Of a stretch of DNA of 51,508 nt, positions 8,997 to 18,655 are shown one piece after another. The position numbers and the translations under genes are program-made. Location of the stretch: positions 1 to 51,508 of the forward strand of contig JAPULJ010000119.1 of assembly GCA_027295145.1 (NCBI GenBank), given 5' to 3'. This DNA is from Alphaproteobacteria bacterium (lineage in GTDB: Bacteria; Pseudomonadota; Alphaproteobacteria; JAPULJ01). The first letter of the stretch is position 1. Each line of letters begins with the position of its first letter. The notes beneath the pieces were generated by a model. The model saw only the letters and a list, made by a program, of their open reading frames with translations. It searched no databases and had not been told where the DNA came from.

Positions 8997-9812
8997 ATGT
9001 CAAACCGATCCGGAATTAGGGCGGCGATCGCGGGGTCCGCGCTGTTCGCCTCAGCCGTCGCACTGGCCCCGGGACCTGCTGCCAGCGCAGCCAAAATATC
9101 TCTGCGTTCCAATGATTTATGCGCCAGCCTAATCCTGCGTACGGAAGGGCAGCGGGGCATTCCCGCGCGTCTTTTGGGCGCAATTTCGCTCGCCGAATCG
9201 GGTCGCTTCGACCCTGGTAGCCAGGCAACAATTGCCTGGCCCTGGACCGTAAACGCCGGCGGTGATTCTCGCTACTATGCGACAAAGTCGCAGGCGATCG
9301 CCGGGGTCCGCCGCCTAAAGGCCCGCGGAGTCCGCAATATCGATGTCGGCTGTATGCAGGTCAACCTGATGCACCACCCCAAAGCCTTTACCAGCCTCGA
9401 AGCCGCCTTCGATCCTAAGACCAACGTCGCCTATGCGGCCAGCTATCTCAAAAAACTGCAAGGCACGTCCGGCTCGTGGGTCAGCGCTGTCGCCTCCTAC
9501 CACTCCGGCGATATGCGGCGAGGGCATCCCTATATGTTGCGCGTCCTGAAGATCTGGATGGGACGGCCGGGCGGTGCCAGGCCAACCCCACTGGCGAGCC
9601 TGGGCCGAATCCGACAGGCGGGATCGGCCCGTTTGGCAATTCGATCGCCGCGAGGCAACTGGCGTTCGGCAAGCCTAGTGCGCCGTGCCACCGCCCTACG
9701 CACTGTCAAGGCGCGGCGCAAATGGGCGGAAGTGGTGGCGCGCCGAAAGCGCTTTGCCGAATTACTTGGCCGCCGCCAGGCCGCACGCTGGGCCAAGCGC
9801 GACCCTTCGTAA
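8997..9812 (+). CDS. secreted lytic transglycosylase (SLT domain) protein
   Basis: ATG 8997 follows GGAGGGA. The signal peptide is SALFASAVALAPGPAASA. The SLT-like core contains AISLAESGRF...WPWTVN...NIDVGCMQVNLMHH...AASYL. Confidence 0.78.
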   Translation: MSNRSGIRAAIAGSALFASAVALAPGPAASAAKISLRSNDLCASLILRTEGQRGIPARLLGAISLAESGRFDPGSQATIAWPWTVNAGGDSRYYATKSQAIAGVRRLKARGVRNIDVGCMQVNLMHHPKAFTSLEAAFDPKTNVAYAASYLKKLQGTSGSWVSAVASYHSGDMRRGHPYMLRVLKIWMGRPGGARPTPLASLGRIRQAGSARLAIRSPRGNWRSASLVRRATALRTVKARRKWAEVVARRKRFAELLGRRQAARWAKRDPS

Positions 9813-10003
9813 TCCCGAATGGGTGATCATGCTGCCTAGTGGGGATTTCTCGGCTTCGCGTTCCCTATCGGTCAATTTCATGGTATTTGCTGATCCGAGT
9901 TGCATTGGTTCCTGCCATCGGCTTGAGGTGAAGCTGACAGCGCGCGGTGTTGCCGAAAGGGGCTGCGAAGCTGGGTGCGGTAGCCGCGAGGAGGGGCGTC
10001 GGG

Positions 10004-11152
10004 ATGACCGCCGAGGCGGGTTGGTTTAAAACCTCCCGGGATGGCGATTGCCTGGTGGTCGAGACCGGCGGGCGCTGGAACGTGCGCACGGTCGAGGCGC
10101 TGGAGGGGAAACTCCGGAAGATCGGTGTTGAAGCGCGCACGGGTTCACCAGCAACACGTGCGCGCATCGACATGACGGCGGTCGATGCCCTCGACACCGC
10201 TGGCGCCTGGCTCATCACCCGCACCCGGCTGGGGCTGTCGGCGGCGGGAATTCAAGCCGAGGTGACGGGCGCCGGGGCCGCCTATGTCGCGCTCTTGGAG
10301 CGTGTCGAGAAGGCGCTGGCACTCGAACGGCCCGAACCCCAAAAGGCCAACCGGTTCTTTAGGCTGCTCGAAGGGCTGGGCAAGGCCCAGTTCGAAATGT
10401 TCGCCGTAGCCCGCAACCTTCTTTCCTTCTTCGGCCTGACTCTCATCGTGTTCTTTCGAGTGTTATTGCGGCCGGGCCGCCTGCGCTTCACCGCGCTGGT
10501 CTTTCGGATGCATTCGACGGGCATGAGCGCCCTGCCAATCGTCGGCTTGCTGTCGTTTCTGATCGGCGTCGTCGTCGCCTTCCAGGGCGCCGACCAGTTG
10601 CGCCAGTTCGGCGCCGAGATCTTCACCGTCAATCTGCTGGGAGTATCGATCCTGCGCGAGCTGGGTCCGCTGATCACGGCGATCCTCATCGCCGGCCGCT
10701 CGGGCAGCGCCTTCACCGCGCAGATCGGCACCATGAAGGTGAACCAGGAGATCGACGCGATGGAAACCATCGGCCTAGACCCGATTGAGATCCTGGTCAT
10801 TCCGCGCGTACTTGCGCTGATGATCACGTTGCCGCTGTTGGTCTTCTACGCCGACATCATGGCCATGCTGGGCGGCATGCTGATGGCGACGACGGCGCTC
10901 GATATATCGGTCTCGACTTTCCTCAAGCAGCTTCAGAGCTCGGTCACGATCACCACTTTCATGGTCGGCATGGTCAAGGCGCCGGTCTTTGCCTTCCTGA
11001 TCTCGCTGGTCGGATGTTTCGAAGGCTTCAACGTTTCTGGCAGCGCCGAAAGCGTCGGCCGCAAAACGACGACCTCAGTAGTCGAGGCGATCTTCCTGGT
11101 CATTGTCGTCGACGCTGCCTTTTCCATCACCTTCTCGTTCCTGGGGATCTGA
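10004..11152 (+). CDS. MlaE-family ABC transporter permease with N-terminal STAS-like extension
   Basis: ATG 10004 follows GAGGAGGGG. The C-terminal 260 aa are a typical MlaE permease (RQFGAEIFTVNLLGVSILRELGPLITAILIAGRSGSAFTAQIGTMKVNQEIDAME). It precedes the ATPase and MCE genes. Confidence 0.85.
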   Translation: MTAEAGWFKTSRDGDCLVVETGGRWNVRTVEALEGKLRKIGVEARTGSPATRARIDMTAVDALDTAGAWLITRTRLGLSAAGIQAEVTGAGAAYVALLERVEKALALERPEPQKANRFFRLLEGLGKAQFEMFAVARNLLSFFGLTLIVFFRVLLRPGRLRFTALVFRMHSTGMSALPIVGLLSFLIGVVVAFQGADQLRQFGAEIFTVNLLGVSILRELGPLITAILIAGRSGSAFTAQIGTMKVNQEIDAMETIGLDPIEILVIPRVLALMITLPLLVFYADIMAMLGGMLMATTALDISVSTFLKQLQSSVTITTFMVGMVKAPVFAFLISLVGCFEGFNVSGSAESVGRKTTTSVVEAIFLVIVVDAAFSITFSFLGI

Positions 11153-11157
11153 AAGGA

Positions 11158-11919
11158 ATGACGGAACAACCGATCATCAGAATCCGGGGTTTGAGAACCC
11201 AGTTCGGGACGAGCGTCATTCATGACGATCTCGATCTCGACGTGCGCCGGGGCGAAGTGCTGGGGGTTGTCGGCGGCTCGGGCACCGGTAAATCGGTGCT
11301 GCTGCGCACGATCATCGGCCTCAACAAGGCGCGCGCCGGCACGATCGAGGTGTTCGGCGAAAATATGACGCAGATGTCTGATACCCAGCAGCGGGTGATG
11401 CAGGAACGCTGGGGGGTCCTGTTCCAGGACGGCGCGCTATTCAGCTCGCTGACCGTGGCCCAGAACATCGAAGTGCCCCTGAAAGAACACACCAAACTCA
11501 AGCGTGACGTCATCCGCGAGCTTTCCGCGGTCAAGGTCGACATGGTCGGTTTGCCGCCCGATGCGGCCTACAAATATCCGTCCGAGCTGTCCGGGGGCAT
11601 GCGCAAACGCGCCGGGTTGGCGCGCTCGCTGGCCCTCGATCCCGAGCTTGTATTTCTCGACGAGCCCACTGCCGGCCTCGATCCGATCGGCGCGGCGGCC
11701 TTCGACAATCTGATCCGCAACCTTCAACAAAGTTTGAACCTCACCGTTTTCATGGTAACCCACGATCTCGATTCTTTGGCCGCTGTCTGTGACCGCATCG
11801 CCGTGTTAATCGACAAAAAGATCGTAGTGGACACCATGGAAAATTTGATGGAATTGGAACATCCATGGATGCAGGATTACTTTCATGGACCGCGTAGCCG
11901 CGCGGCGATGAAAATGTAA
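11158..11919 (+). CDS. MlaF-like ABC transporter ATP-binding protein
   Basis: ATG 11158 lies 6 nt after the permease stop. It has Walker A GGSGTGKS, signature LSGGMRKR and Walker B LVFLDEP. Confidence 0.9.
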   Translation: MTEQPIIRIRGLRTQFGTSVIHDDLDLDVRRGEVLGVVGGSGTGKSVLLRTIIGLNKARAGTIEVFGENMTQMSDTQQRVMQERWGVLFQDGALFSSLTVAQNIEVPLKEHTKLKRDVIRELSAVKVDMVGLPPDAAYKYPSELSGGMRKRAGLARSLALDPELVFLDEPTAGLDPIGAAAFDNLIRNLQQSLNLTVFMVTHDLDSLAAVCDRIAVLIDKKIVVDTMENLMELEHPWMQDYFHGPRSRAAMKM

Positions 11920-11988
11920 GCGCTGCGCTTGGCCGAAACGATGTGGAATTCCCTGCGGTTAAGCGGATAGGAATGAAAGGGGGACGTC

Positions 11989-12999
11989 ATGGAAACACGC
12001 GCCAGCTACGTTCTAGTCGGCGGTTTCGTCCTGATCATCATCGTTGCGATGTTCGGTTTCGTTCTGTGGATCGCAAAAGGCCAGATCGACAAGCAACAAG
12101 CGAGTTACCAGACCTATTTCAAAACCACGGTTACTGGCCTGCAGGTCGGCAGCGTGGTTCGCTACCGGGGTATTCTCGTTGGCGAAGTAACGAAGATCCG
12201 CGTCTCGCTGAAGAATACGAATGAAATCGAGGTCACCTTCGAGGTCAAGCGCGATACCCCAATCGATCGATTCTCGACTGCGGTGCTCGAGACCCAAGGC
12301 ATCACTGGTGTCGCCTTCATCCAAATAAAGCACGACGCCAAAGGCTACGAAGCCTGGCGTGCGGTGGTGACCAACGAGGCTGTTAAACCGGGCGCACCGC
12401 AGGTCGATGTGGCCCGCGGGGCGCAGTACCCCACCCTCGACTCCGACAGCTCCGGCTTCGAGAAAATTCTCTCGGATCTACCTAAGATGCTGGCCAGTAT
12501 CCGCGAGCTGGCGGACGCGGCGAAAAGCCTATTCGACAGGGGTAATCTCGACTCGATCAAGACGACGCTGACCAATCTGGCCCTACTCTCAAAGGGGATT
12601 AGCAAAAGCGGGGAGAAGATCGACCGCCTGATCGGCAATCTCGACAAGGCTGTTAAGCAGCTCCCGCCGGCAATCGCCGATGCCCGAGCCGGCATCCGCA
12701 AATTCGGCACCATGAGCGCCAGCCTCAACAAGGCTGTCCTGGAGCTTCCGCCGGCAATCGCCGATGCTCGAGCCGGTATACGCAATTTCGGTGCAATGAG
12801 CGCCAGCCTCAATAAGCTGATCAAGGAGACCCGCCGTCCGATCCGAGATTTTGCGGCGACCGGGCTTTACGAGCTGTCGTTGTTCATCACCGAGGCGCGC
12901 GAGTTGGTGCGCAACCTCAACCGCGTTTCCAAGCGTATCGAGGACGACCCGTCGCGCTTCCTGTTCGGCAGCGGGCAGAAGGGGTACACGCCTAAATGA
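11989..12999 (+). CDS. MCE/MlaD-family substrate-binding membrane protein
   Basis: N-terminal TM helix followed by an MCE domain (VTGLQVGSVVRYRGILVGEVTKI). RBS is AAAGGGGGA. It contains an internal 28-aa tandem duplication. Confidence 0.85.
   Translation: METRASYVLVGGFVLIIIVAMFGFVLWIAKGQIDKQQASYQTYFKTTVTGLQVGSVVRYRGILVGEVTKIRVSLKNTNEIEVTFEVKRDTPIDRFSTAVLETQGITGVAFIQIKHDAKGYEAWRAVVTNEAVKPGAPQVDVARGAQYPTLDSDSSGFEKILSDLPKMLASIRELADAAKSLFDRGNLDSIKTTLTNLALLSKGISKSGEKIDRLIGNLDKAVKQLPPAIADARAGIRKFGTMSASLNKAVLELPPAIADARAGIRNFGAMSASLNKLIKETRRPIRDFAATGLYELSLFITEARELVRNLNRVSKRIEDDPSRFLFGSGQKGYTPK
12661..12828 (+). repeat. 84-bp tandem duplication inside the MCE gene
   Basis: 12661-12744 and 12745-12828 are near-identical. 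They encode LPPAIADARAGIRKFGTMSASLNKAVLE and LPPAIADARAGIRNFGAMSASLNKLIKE. Confidence 0.85.
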
Positions 13000-13712
13000 A
13001 CGTAACCACCCTCGCCGCGACCTGCCGGCAGGCATCCTTCCGAGCACATTGGGCTGGGGGCCTCGCGGTCGCCCTGGTCGCGGTCTCCGGCTGTTCCTCG
13101 ATCATTCCCGGCGCGGACCGCGACCCGCCTGAGCTCTTCGATCTCTCGCCGAAATCGACCTTCGCCCCCAACTTGCCGAAGGCGAACTGGCAACTCATCG
13201 TCGAGCGCCCGATCGCCGCGGCGGGTCTGTCTTCCTCGCGTATCGCGCTGAAGCGCCATCCGTTACGGCTCGAATACTATGCCAAGACCACTTGGACCGA
13301 TATCGCACCAAAAATGGTTCAGACCTTGATGGTCGAATCGTTTGAAAATTCGGGCCGGATCGTCGCGGTCGGCCGAGAATCGGCGGGCCTGCGCTCGGAC
13401 TTCGTCCTCAAGACCGAAATGCGCGAATTTCAAGCCGAATATACCAGCGGCATAAAAAACAGCGCCAAAACCAACGCGCCCCGGATACGGATAAGGATCA
13501 GTGCCAAGCTGGTCCTCATGCCCCAGCGAATCATCGTCGCCGGCAAGACGATCGAAAAAGTCGTCAAAGCCGAAACGAACTCGATGGCGGCGATCGTAAG
13601 AGCCTTCGACCGCGCGCTCGGCAAGACCCTCAAGAGTCTTGTCGCCTGGACACTGCGAACCGGCGACAAGGCTTGGAAGGCGCGGTCCCGCAGATCGCGC
13701 ATCGGCAGTTAG
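12996..13712 (+). CDS. ABC-type transport auxiliary lipoprotein (DUF330 / PqiC-like)
   Basis: ATGA overlap with the MCE gene. Lipobox VAVSGC. Its size and position as last gene of the MCE operon fit the auxiliary lipoprotein. Confidence 0.7.
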   Translation: MNVTTLAATCRQASFRAHWAGGLAVALVAVSGCSSIIPGADRDPPELFDLSPKSTFAPNLPKANWQLIVERPIAAAGLSSSRIALKRHPLRLEYYAKTTWTDIAPKMVQTLMVESFENSGRIVAVGRESAGLRSDFVLKTEMREFQAEYTSGIKNSAKTNAPRIRIRISAKLVLMPQRIIVAGKTIEKVVKAETNSMAAIVRAFDRALGKTLKSLVAWTLRTGDKAWKARSRRSRIGS

Positions 13713-13842
13713 CGTACGATCTTACCATAAAATAGGGTTTGGCCATTTCCAATTGGCAAGTTCGTGCGTAAGGCCACCTATCCCTCGTCCGCGTCAACCG
13801 CTATGAAGCCCAGCTTGTAAATTCTCGACCCGGGAAATACAG

Positions 13843-15015
13843 ATGACATTCGATATCGCGCGGGCACGCCGCGAAACACCTGGGTGCGAGCGCGTCCTTC
13901 ATTTCAACAACGCCGGCGCCGGGCTCCTCCCGCAACCAGTTCTCGACGCCATCACCGGCCATCTCGAGCGCGAGGCGCTGGACGGCGGATATGAAGCCGC
14001 GGCCGACGCACACGCCGATGTGGAACGCGTCTATGCCGCCGCCTCGTCTATGCTCAATTGCGCCTCTGGTGAGATCGGGATCGTCGAGAACGCCACCCGT
14101 GCTTGGGACATGGCGTTCTACGCCATGCGCTTTTCCGCCGGGACACGCATCCTCACCGCCCAGGCGGAGTATGCCAGCAACTATATCGCCTACCTGCAGG
14201 TCGCCCGCACGACCGGTGTGAAGATCGAAGCAATCGCCAACGACGAGCACGGCCAAGTGTCGATCGAGGCGCTCGAAAACGCCATCGACGATGACGTGAA
14301 GCTGATTTCGATGACCCACGTGCCGACCAATGGTGGCCTCGTCAATCCAGCGGCCGAGATTGGCCGCATCGCCCGCTCGGCAAATATTCCCTTTTTGCTC
14401 GATGCTTGTCAGTCTGTCGGCCAAATGCCGATCGATGTCGAGGAAATCGGCTGCGACGTTCTTACAGCGACCGGCCGCAAATACCTGCGCGGCCCACGCG
14501 GCACCGGGATTCTCTATGTCCGCAGCGAATTGATCGAATCCCTCGACCCACCTTTTCTCGACCTGCACGCGGCGGAATGGACAGCCAACGGTGACTATAG
14601 GATTCGTCCCGATACGCGTCGCTTCGAGAATTGGGAGGGCAACGTCGCCGGCAAGATCGGGCTCGGCGTGGCCATCGACTATGCCGCCGGTTGGGGCCTG
14701 CAGGCAATCTGGGAGCGCACAAGGGGGCTGGCGGAAGCGCTGCGGGCCCAGCTTGGCGATATCGCCGGCGTCGACGTACGCGATCTCGGCGAAACCCGCT
14801 GCGGCATCGTCACCTTCACCAAGGAGGGCTCAACGCCCGAAGATATCCAGACCGCTCTGGCAAAACGATCGATCAACATCGCGGTCAGTCCACGCAAATA
14901 TACGCGCCTCGACATGGATGCGCGCGGGTTGGACGCCCTCGCCCGCGCCTCGGTCCACTATTACAACACCGAAGAGGAAGTGATCCGATTCTGCAAAGCC
15001 GTGGAAGCGGTTTAG
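13843..15015 (+). CDS. aminotransferase class V (cysteine desulfurase / epimerase-like PLP enzyme)
   Basis: 390 aa, with HFNNAGAGLLPQPV, ISMTHVPTNGG and the Lys motif ATGRKYLRGPRGTG. Confidence 0.82.
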   Translation: MTFDIARARRETPGCERVLHFNNAGAGLLPQPVLDAITGHLEREALDGGYEAAADAHADVERVYAAASSMLNCASGEIGIVENATRAWDMAFYAMRFSAGTRILTAQAEYASNYIAYLQVARTTGVKIEAIANDEHGQVSIEALENAIDDDVKLISMTHVPTNGGLVNPAAEIGRIARSANIPFLLDACQSVGQMPIDVEEIGCDVLTATGRKYLRGPRGTGILYVRSELIESLDPPFLDLHAAEWTANGDYRIRPDTRRFENWEGNVAGKIGLGVAIDYAAGWGLQAIWERTRGLAEALRAQLGDIAGVDVRDLGETRCGIVTFTKEGSTPEDIQTALAKRSINIAVSPRKYTRLDMDARGLDALARASVHYYNTEEEVIRFCKAVEAV

Positions 15016-15050
15016 CGCTTCCGTTCGAGCGATAGAACCAAACGCAGGTA

Positions 15051-15074
15051 AGAAAAAGCCCGGCCGGGCCGGGC
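15051..15074 (-). terminator. rho-independent terminator after rpmE (possibly bidirectional)
   Basis: gcccggc-ccg-gccgggc hairpin (15058-15074), followed on the minus strand by TTTTT (15053-15057). It sits between the convergent aminotransferase gene and rpmE. Confidence 0.6.
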
Positions 15075-15104
15075 GTATTCGGATATTTCGCGGAGCACTA
15101 CCGT

Positions 15105-15329
15105 TCAGTTCTTCAGGCCGATACCTTTGAAGCGCCTGTTGAATTTGGCAAGCTGGCCACCGCTATCGATCAGCCGGTGCACCCCGGTCCAAGCCGGGTG
15201 CGACTTCGGGTCGACATCGAGACGCATGGTGTCGCCGGGCTTTCCCCAGGTCGAGCGCGTCTTGAACTCGGTGCCGTCGGTCATGATCACGTTGATCTCG
15301 TGGTATTCCGGATGAATGTCTTTTTTCAT
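15105..15329 (-). CDS. rpmE: 50S ribosomal protein L31
   Basis: [30 protein letters not shown]...HPAWTG is a clear L31 sequence of 74 aa. Confidence 0.95.
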   Translation of the reverse strand: MKKDIHPEYHEINVIMTDGTEFKTRSTWGKPGDTMRLDVDPKSHPAWTGVHRLIDSGGQLAKFNRRFKGIGLKN

Positions 15330-15470
15330 TAGTTTGTAAGCCTACTTCGCTGGTGTTCGGCGGATATATAGTCAAGCGCGCCAGGACTGGCAAGCATCCA
15401 GCGGGGTTGCTATATCAGCAATCTCCCCCGCCAACCTCCCGCCAGCTCAGCGTTAGAGCATGAGGTTATC

Positions 15471-17303
15471 GTGAGCGAAGCCCGCGAGCAGTCTCCCGCC
15501 GGCCCGGTACAAGGCACTGCCGATCAGCGCTCGCGTGCGCAACGCTTGCGCCAGCTTCGCCTTCTAGTGCAATTCCTGCGCCCTTACCGGCTGCATATCG
15601 CCGGCGCTCTTGCCGCGCTGATCGTTGCGGCATCGACGGTGCTGGTCTTCGGAGTCGGGCTCAGATGGTTGGTCGACAAGGGGTTCTCCGGCGGCAACAC
15701 CGATCTTCTGGATCAGGCGCTGCTACTGCTTTTTGGGGTCATCGCGGTCATGTCGATGGCGACCTTTGCACGCTCCTTCATGGTCTCCTGGCTGGGCGAG
15801 CGGGTCGCCGCCGACATCCGCGCCGCGGTCTTCGGCAACGTTCTGCGGCTAACCCCCTCATTCTATGAGATCACGCCGATCGGCGAAGTGCTGTCGCGGC
15901 TGACTACCGATACGACGCTGCTGCAGACCATCGTCGGTTCGTCGGCCTCGATGGCTTTGCGCAATGTGCTGATGTTGTTCGGCGGCACCATCATGATGGT
16001 GGTGACCAGCCCAAAGCTGACCGGGCTGGTGGCGCTGGTGGTGCCCTTCGTCATGGTGCCGGTATTGGTCTACGGCCGCCGGGTGCGTCGGCTCAGCCGC
16101 GCCAGCCAGGACCGGATCGGTGATATCGGGGCCTATATCGAAGAAACACTGAATGCCATCCAGACTGTCCAGTCCTTCAGCCATGAGCCCCACGACGTAC
16201 GCCGCTTCAGCGGGCGGGTCGAGGAAGCCTTCCGCACCGCCATCTCCCGCATCCGCGCACGCTCCACCCTGGCGGCCATGGTCATCCTGCTGATATTCGG
16301 GGCCATTGGCGTGATCTTGTGGATCGGCGGCCGCGATTTAATGGCTGGGCGCATCACCGCCGGCGAGCTTTCAGCTTTCGTATTTTACGCCGTGGTCGTC
16401 GCCGGCTCGGTCGGCGCCATCGCCGAATTCATCGGAGATTTACAGCGCGCGTCCGGCGCCAGCGAACGACTGTTCGAGCTGCTGGCGACCGAGCCGAGCG
16501 TCGTGCCGCCGAAAAACCCCCTGCCGCTGCCCGTACCGGCCAAGGGTGAAATTATCCTCGACGACGTCGGATTCGTCTATCCCTCGCGGCCCGGGGACGC
16601 GGCGCTCGATCATTTCTCGCTTAAGATCGCCGGCGGCGAAAAGGTGGCATTGGTTGGGCCTTCGGGCGCCGGCAAATCGACCGTCTTTCAGCTTCTTCTG
16701 CGCTTTCACGATCCAAGGACCGGCGTCATCCGCTTCGACGGCGTGCCCCTCTACCGGGCCGACCAGACGGAGTTGCGCGCGCGTATCGGCCTGGTGCCGC
16801 AGGAGCCGGTGATTTTCGCTGACAATATTGCCGAAAACATCCGCTACGGCCGTCCCGAGGCCAGCGACGCGGAAGTCCGAGAAGCGGCCGAGGCCGCCGC
16901 TGCGCTGGAATTCATCGACCGGCTCCCGGACGGGTTCTCGACCCATCTCGGCGAGCGCGGGGTGCGTCTCTCAGGCGGCCAGCGTCAGCGCATCGCCATC
17001 GCCCGCGCGGTCCTGCGCGACCCGGCGCTGCTGCTGCTTGACGAGGCAACCAGCGCGCTCGACGCCGAAAGCGAGCGCATGGTGCAGCGCGCGCTCCGCG
17101 ACCTCATGGCCGGGCGCACAACGATCGTCATCGCTCACCGACTGGCCACCGTGAAGAATGCCGACCGCATCGTCGTGATCGATCATGGCAAGATCGTCGC
17201 CACCGGCACCCACGACAAGCTCAAACGCCAGGGCGGTCTCTACGCGCGCCTGGCTGCCTTGCAGTTCGATGCCACCGGCGAAGCTGATGGAGACGCGAAA
17301 TGA
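15471..17303 (+). CDS. ABCB-type exporter, fused transmembrane and ATP-binding domains (MsbA/Atm1-like)
   Basis: 610 aa with a six-helix TMD then an NBD carrying GPSGAGKST, LSGGQRQRIAIARA and LLLLDEATSALD. GTG start follows TGAGGT. Confidence 0.9.
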   Translation: MSEAREQSPAGPVQGTADQRSRAQRLRQLRLLVQFLRPYRLHIAGALAALIVAASTVLVFGVGLRWLVDKGFSGGNTDLLDQALLLLFGVIAVMSMATFARSFMVSWLGERVAADIRAAVFGNVLRLTPSFYEITPIGEVLSRLTTDTTLLQTIVGSSASMALRNVLMLFGGTIMMVVTSPKLTGLVALVVPFVMVPVLVYGRRVRRLSRASQDRIGDIGAYIEETLNAIQTVQSFSHEPHDVRRFSGRVEEAFRTAISRIRARSTLAAMVILLIFGAIGVILWIGGRDLMAGRITAGELSAFVFYAVVVAGSVGAIAEFIGDLQRASGASERLFELLATEPSVVPPKNPLPLPVPAKGEIILDDVGFVYPSRPGDAALDHFSLKIAGGEKVALVGPSGAGKSTVFQLLLRFHDPRTGVIRFDGVPLYRADQTELRARIGLVPQEPVIFADNIAENIRYGRPEASDAEVREAAEAAAALEFIDRLPDGFSTHLGERGVRLSGGQRQRIAIARAVLRDPALLLLDEATSALDAESERMVQRALRDLMAGRTTIVIAHRLATVKNADRIVVIDHGKIVATGTHDKLKRQGGLYARLAALQFDATGEADGDAK

Positions 17304-17650
17304 TTACTTGTTACCTGCGCTACATTATCGATCCCCGGTAGCTCGACGATTTCGAGCGCTATGCAAAACTCTGGATCCCGTTGGTGAATAAGTTCGGCGG
17401 TACCCATCACGGCTAATATCCGGCGTCCGAGGGCGCCAATGATATTGCCTTCGCGCTCTTCAGCTTTCCTTCGATGGCGGAATACGAAGCCTACCGCAGG
17501 AAGAGCTTCGAGGATCCCGACTGCAATGCCGCCTTCGACCACGCCGCCAAGACCCGATGCATTATCAGCTACGAGCGCAGCTTCCCGCGGCCAGTGTTCG
17601 AATTGAGTGGCGCGCGACAAATGAGCCTCAGCCAGCCTACCGCTGGGTGA
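17300..17650 (+). pseudogene. NIPSNAP-family protein gene with two in-frame stop codons
   Basis: ATG 17300 overlaps the exporter stop (ATGA). One frame reads MITCYLRYIIDPR*LDDFERYAKLWIPLVNKFGGTHHG*YPASEGANDIAFALFSFPSMAEYEAYRRKSFEDPDCNAAFDHAAKTRCIISYERSFPRPVFE.. with TAG at 17339-17341 and TAA at 17414-17416. Family assignment is from memory of NIPSNAP sequences. Confidence 0.55.
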
Positions 17651-18641
17651 ACTTCAACTCGATGCGGCGGTTCTTGCGCAGGGCTTCGTCGGTGCCGCCG
17701 TTGTCGAGCGGGTGGAATTCCCCGAAACCGGTCGGGGCGACGCGGCCCGGCGGGATGCCCTCGGCGATCAGGTAACGCACCACCGCTAAGGCGCGCGCTT
17801 GGCTAAGCTCCCAGTTCGAGGGGAACTTCTCGTTGTGGATCGGCCGGCGATCGGTGTGGCCATCGACCCGCAATATCCAGTCGATGTCCCGCGGAATTTT
17901 GACTGCGATCTCTTTCAAGGCTTTGGCGAGCTTGGCGAGCTGCGCCTTGCCGCCTTCCTGCAGCTCGGCCTCGCCGGTGGGGAACAGCACCTCGGACTGG
18001 AAGACGAAGCGGTCGCCGACAATGCGGATATCCTTTCGTTCCCCGAGAACCGCGCGCAAGCGCCCGAAAAACTCCGATCGGTAACGATTGAGCTCAAGCA
18101 CCTTGCGGGCGAGCGCCAGATTGAGGCGTTTGCCGAGGTCGGCGATCTTGACTTCCTGACCCGAAGCCTTCTTCTCCGAGGCTTGCAGCGCCTCCTGGAT
18201 CGACGCCAGCTGCCGGCGCAGCTCGGTGATCTGCTGATTGAGGATATCGAGCCGCGAGCGGGCCGTGGCGGAGAGCTTCTTTTCCGCCTCCAACGCCTTC
18301 TTGCTCGAGCCAGCAACACCGGCCAGCGCTTTGGCGCGCGCGCGGGCCTTGTCGCGCGCGGCCAGCGAGGCGCGCAGCTCGGCGGCGATCTCCGCCAGGG
18401 ATCGACTGAGGCCGGTGCTTTTATTTTGCTCGAGGGACAGAAGTTCGGAAAGCTCGGTGATGCGGCGGTTGAGCTGGATCATTGCCTTGTCGCGACCGGT
18501 CAGCGCGTCGGTCAGGTAAAACTGTCCGACCATGAAAATCATCAACACGAAGATGATCAGCATCAGTAGCGAGGCCAGCGCATCGACGAAGCCGGGCCAG
18601 ATATCGAAGGGACGCCGGGTGCCGCGTGCCGAAATCGCCAT
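17637..18641 (-). CDS. MotB/OmpA-family protein with long coiled-coil linker (stator B-subunit-like)
   Basis: N-terminal TM helix with a conserved Asp (FDIWPGFVDALASLLMLIIFVL). About 150 aa of heptad-like Ala/Leu/Glu/Lys/Arg sequence follow. The C-terminal OmpA domain reads RVDGHTDRRP...SNWELSQARALAVVRYL...NRRIELKF. Confidence 0.8.
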   Translation of the reverse strand: MAISARGTRRPFDIWPGFVDALASLLMLIIFVLMIFMVGQFYLTDALTGRDKAMIQLNRRITELSELLSLEQNKSTGLSRSLAEIAAELRASLAARDKARARAKALAGVAGSSKKALEAEKKLSATARSRLDILNQQITELRRQLASIQEALQASEKKASGQEVKIADLGKRLNLALARKVLELNRYRSEFFGRLRAVLGERKDIRIVGDRFVFQSEVLFPTGEAELQEGGKAQLAKLAKALKEIAVKIPRDIDWILRVDGHTDRRPIHNEKFPSNWELSQARALAVVRYLIAEGIPPGRVAPTGFGEFHPLDNGGTDEALRKNRRIELKFTQR

Positions 18642-18655
18642 GCTCTATCGCCCCA

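Noticed and set aside
8650-9003. 117-aa minus-strand ORF in the AT-rich gap before the SLT gene
   Set aside because: It has low third-position GC in a high-GC genome, its start overlaps the SLT start and RBS, and I recognise no similarity.
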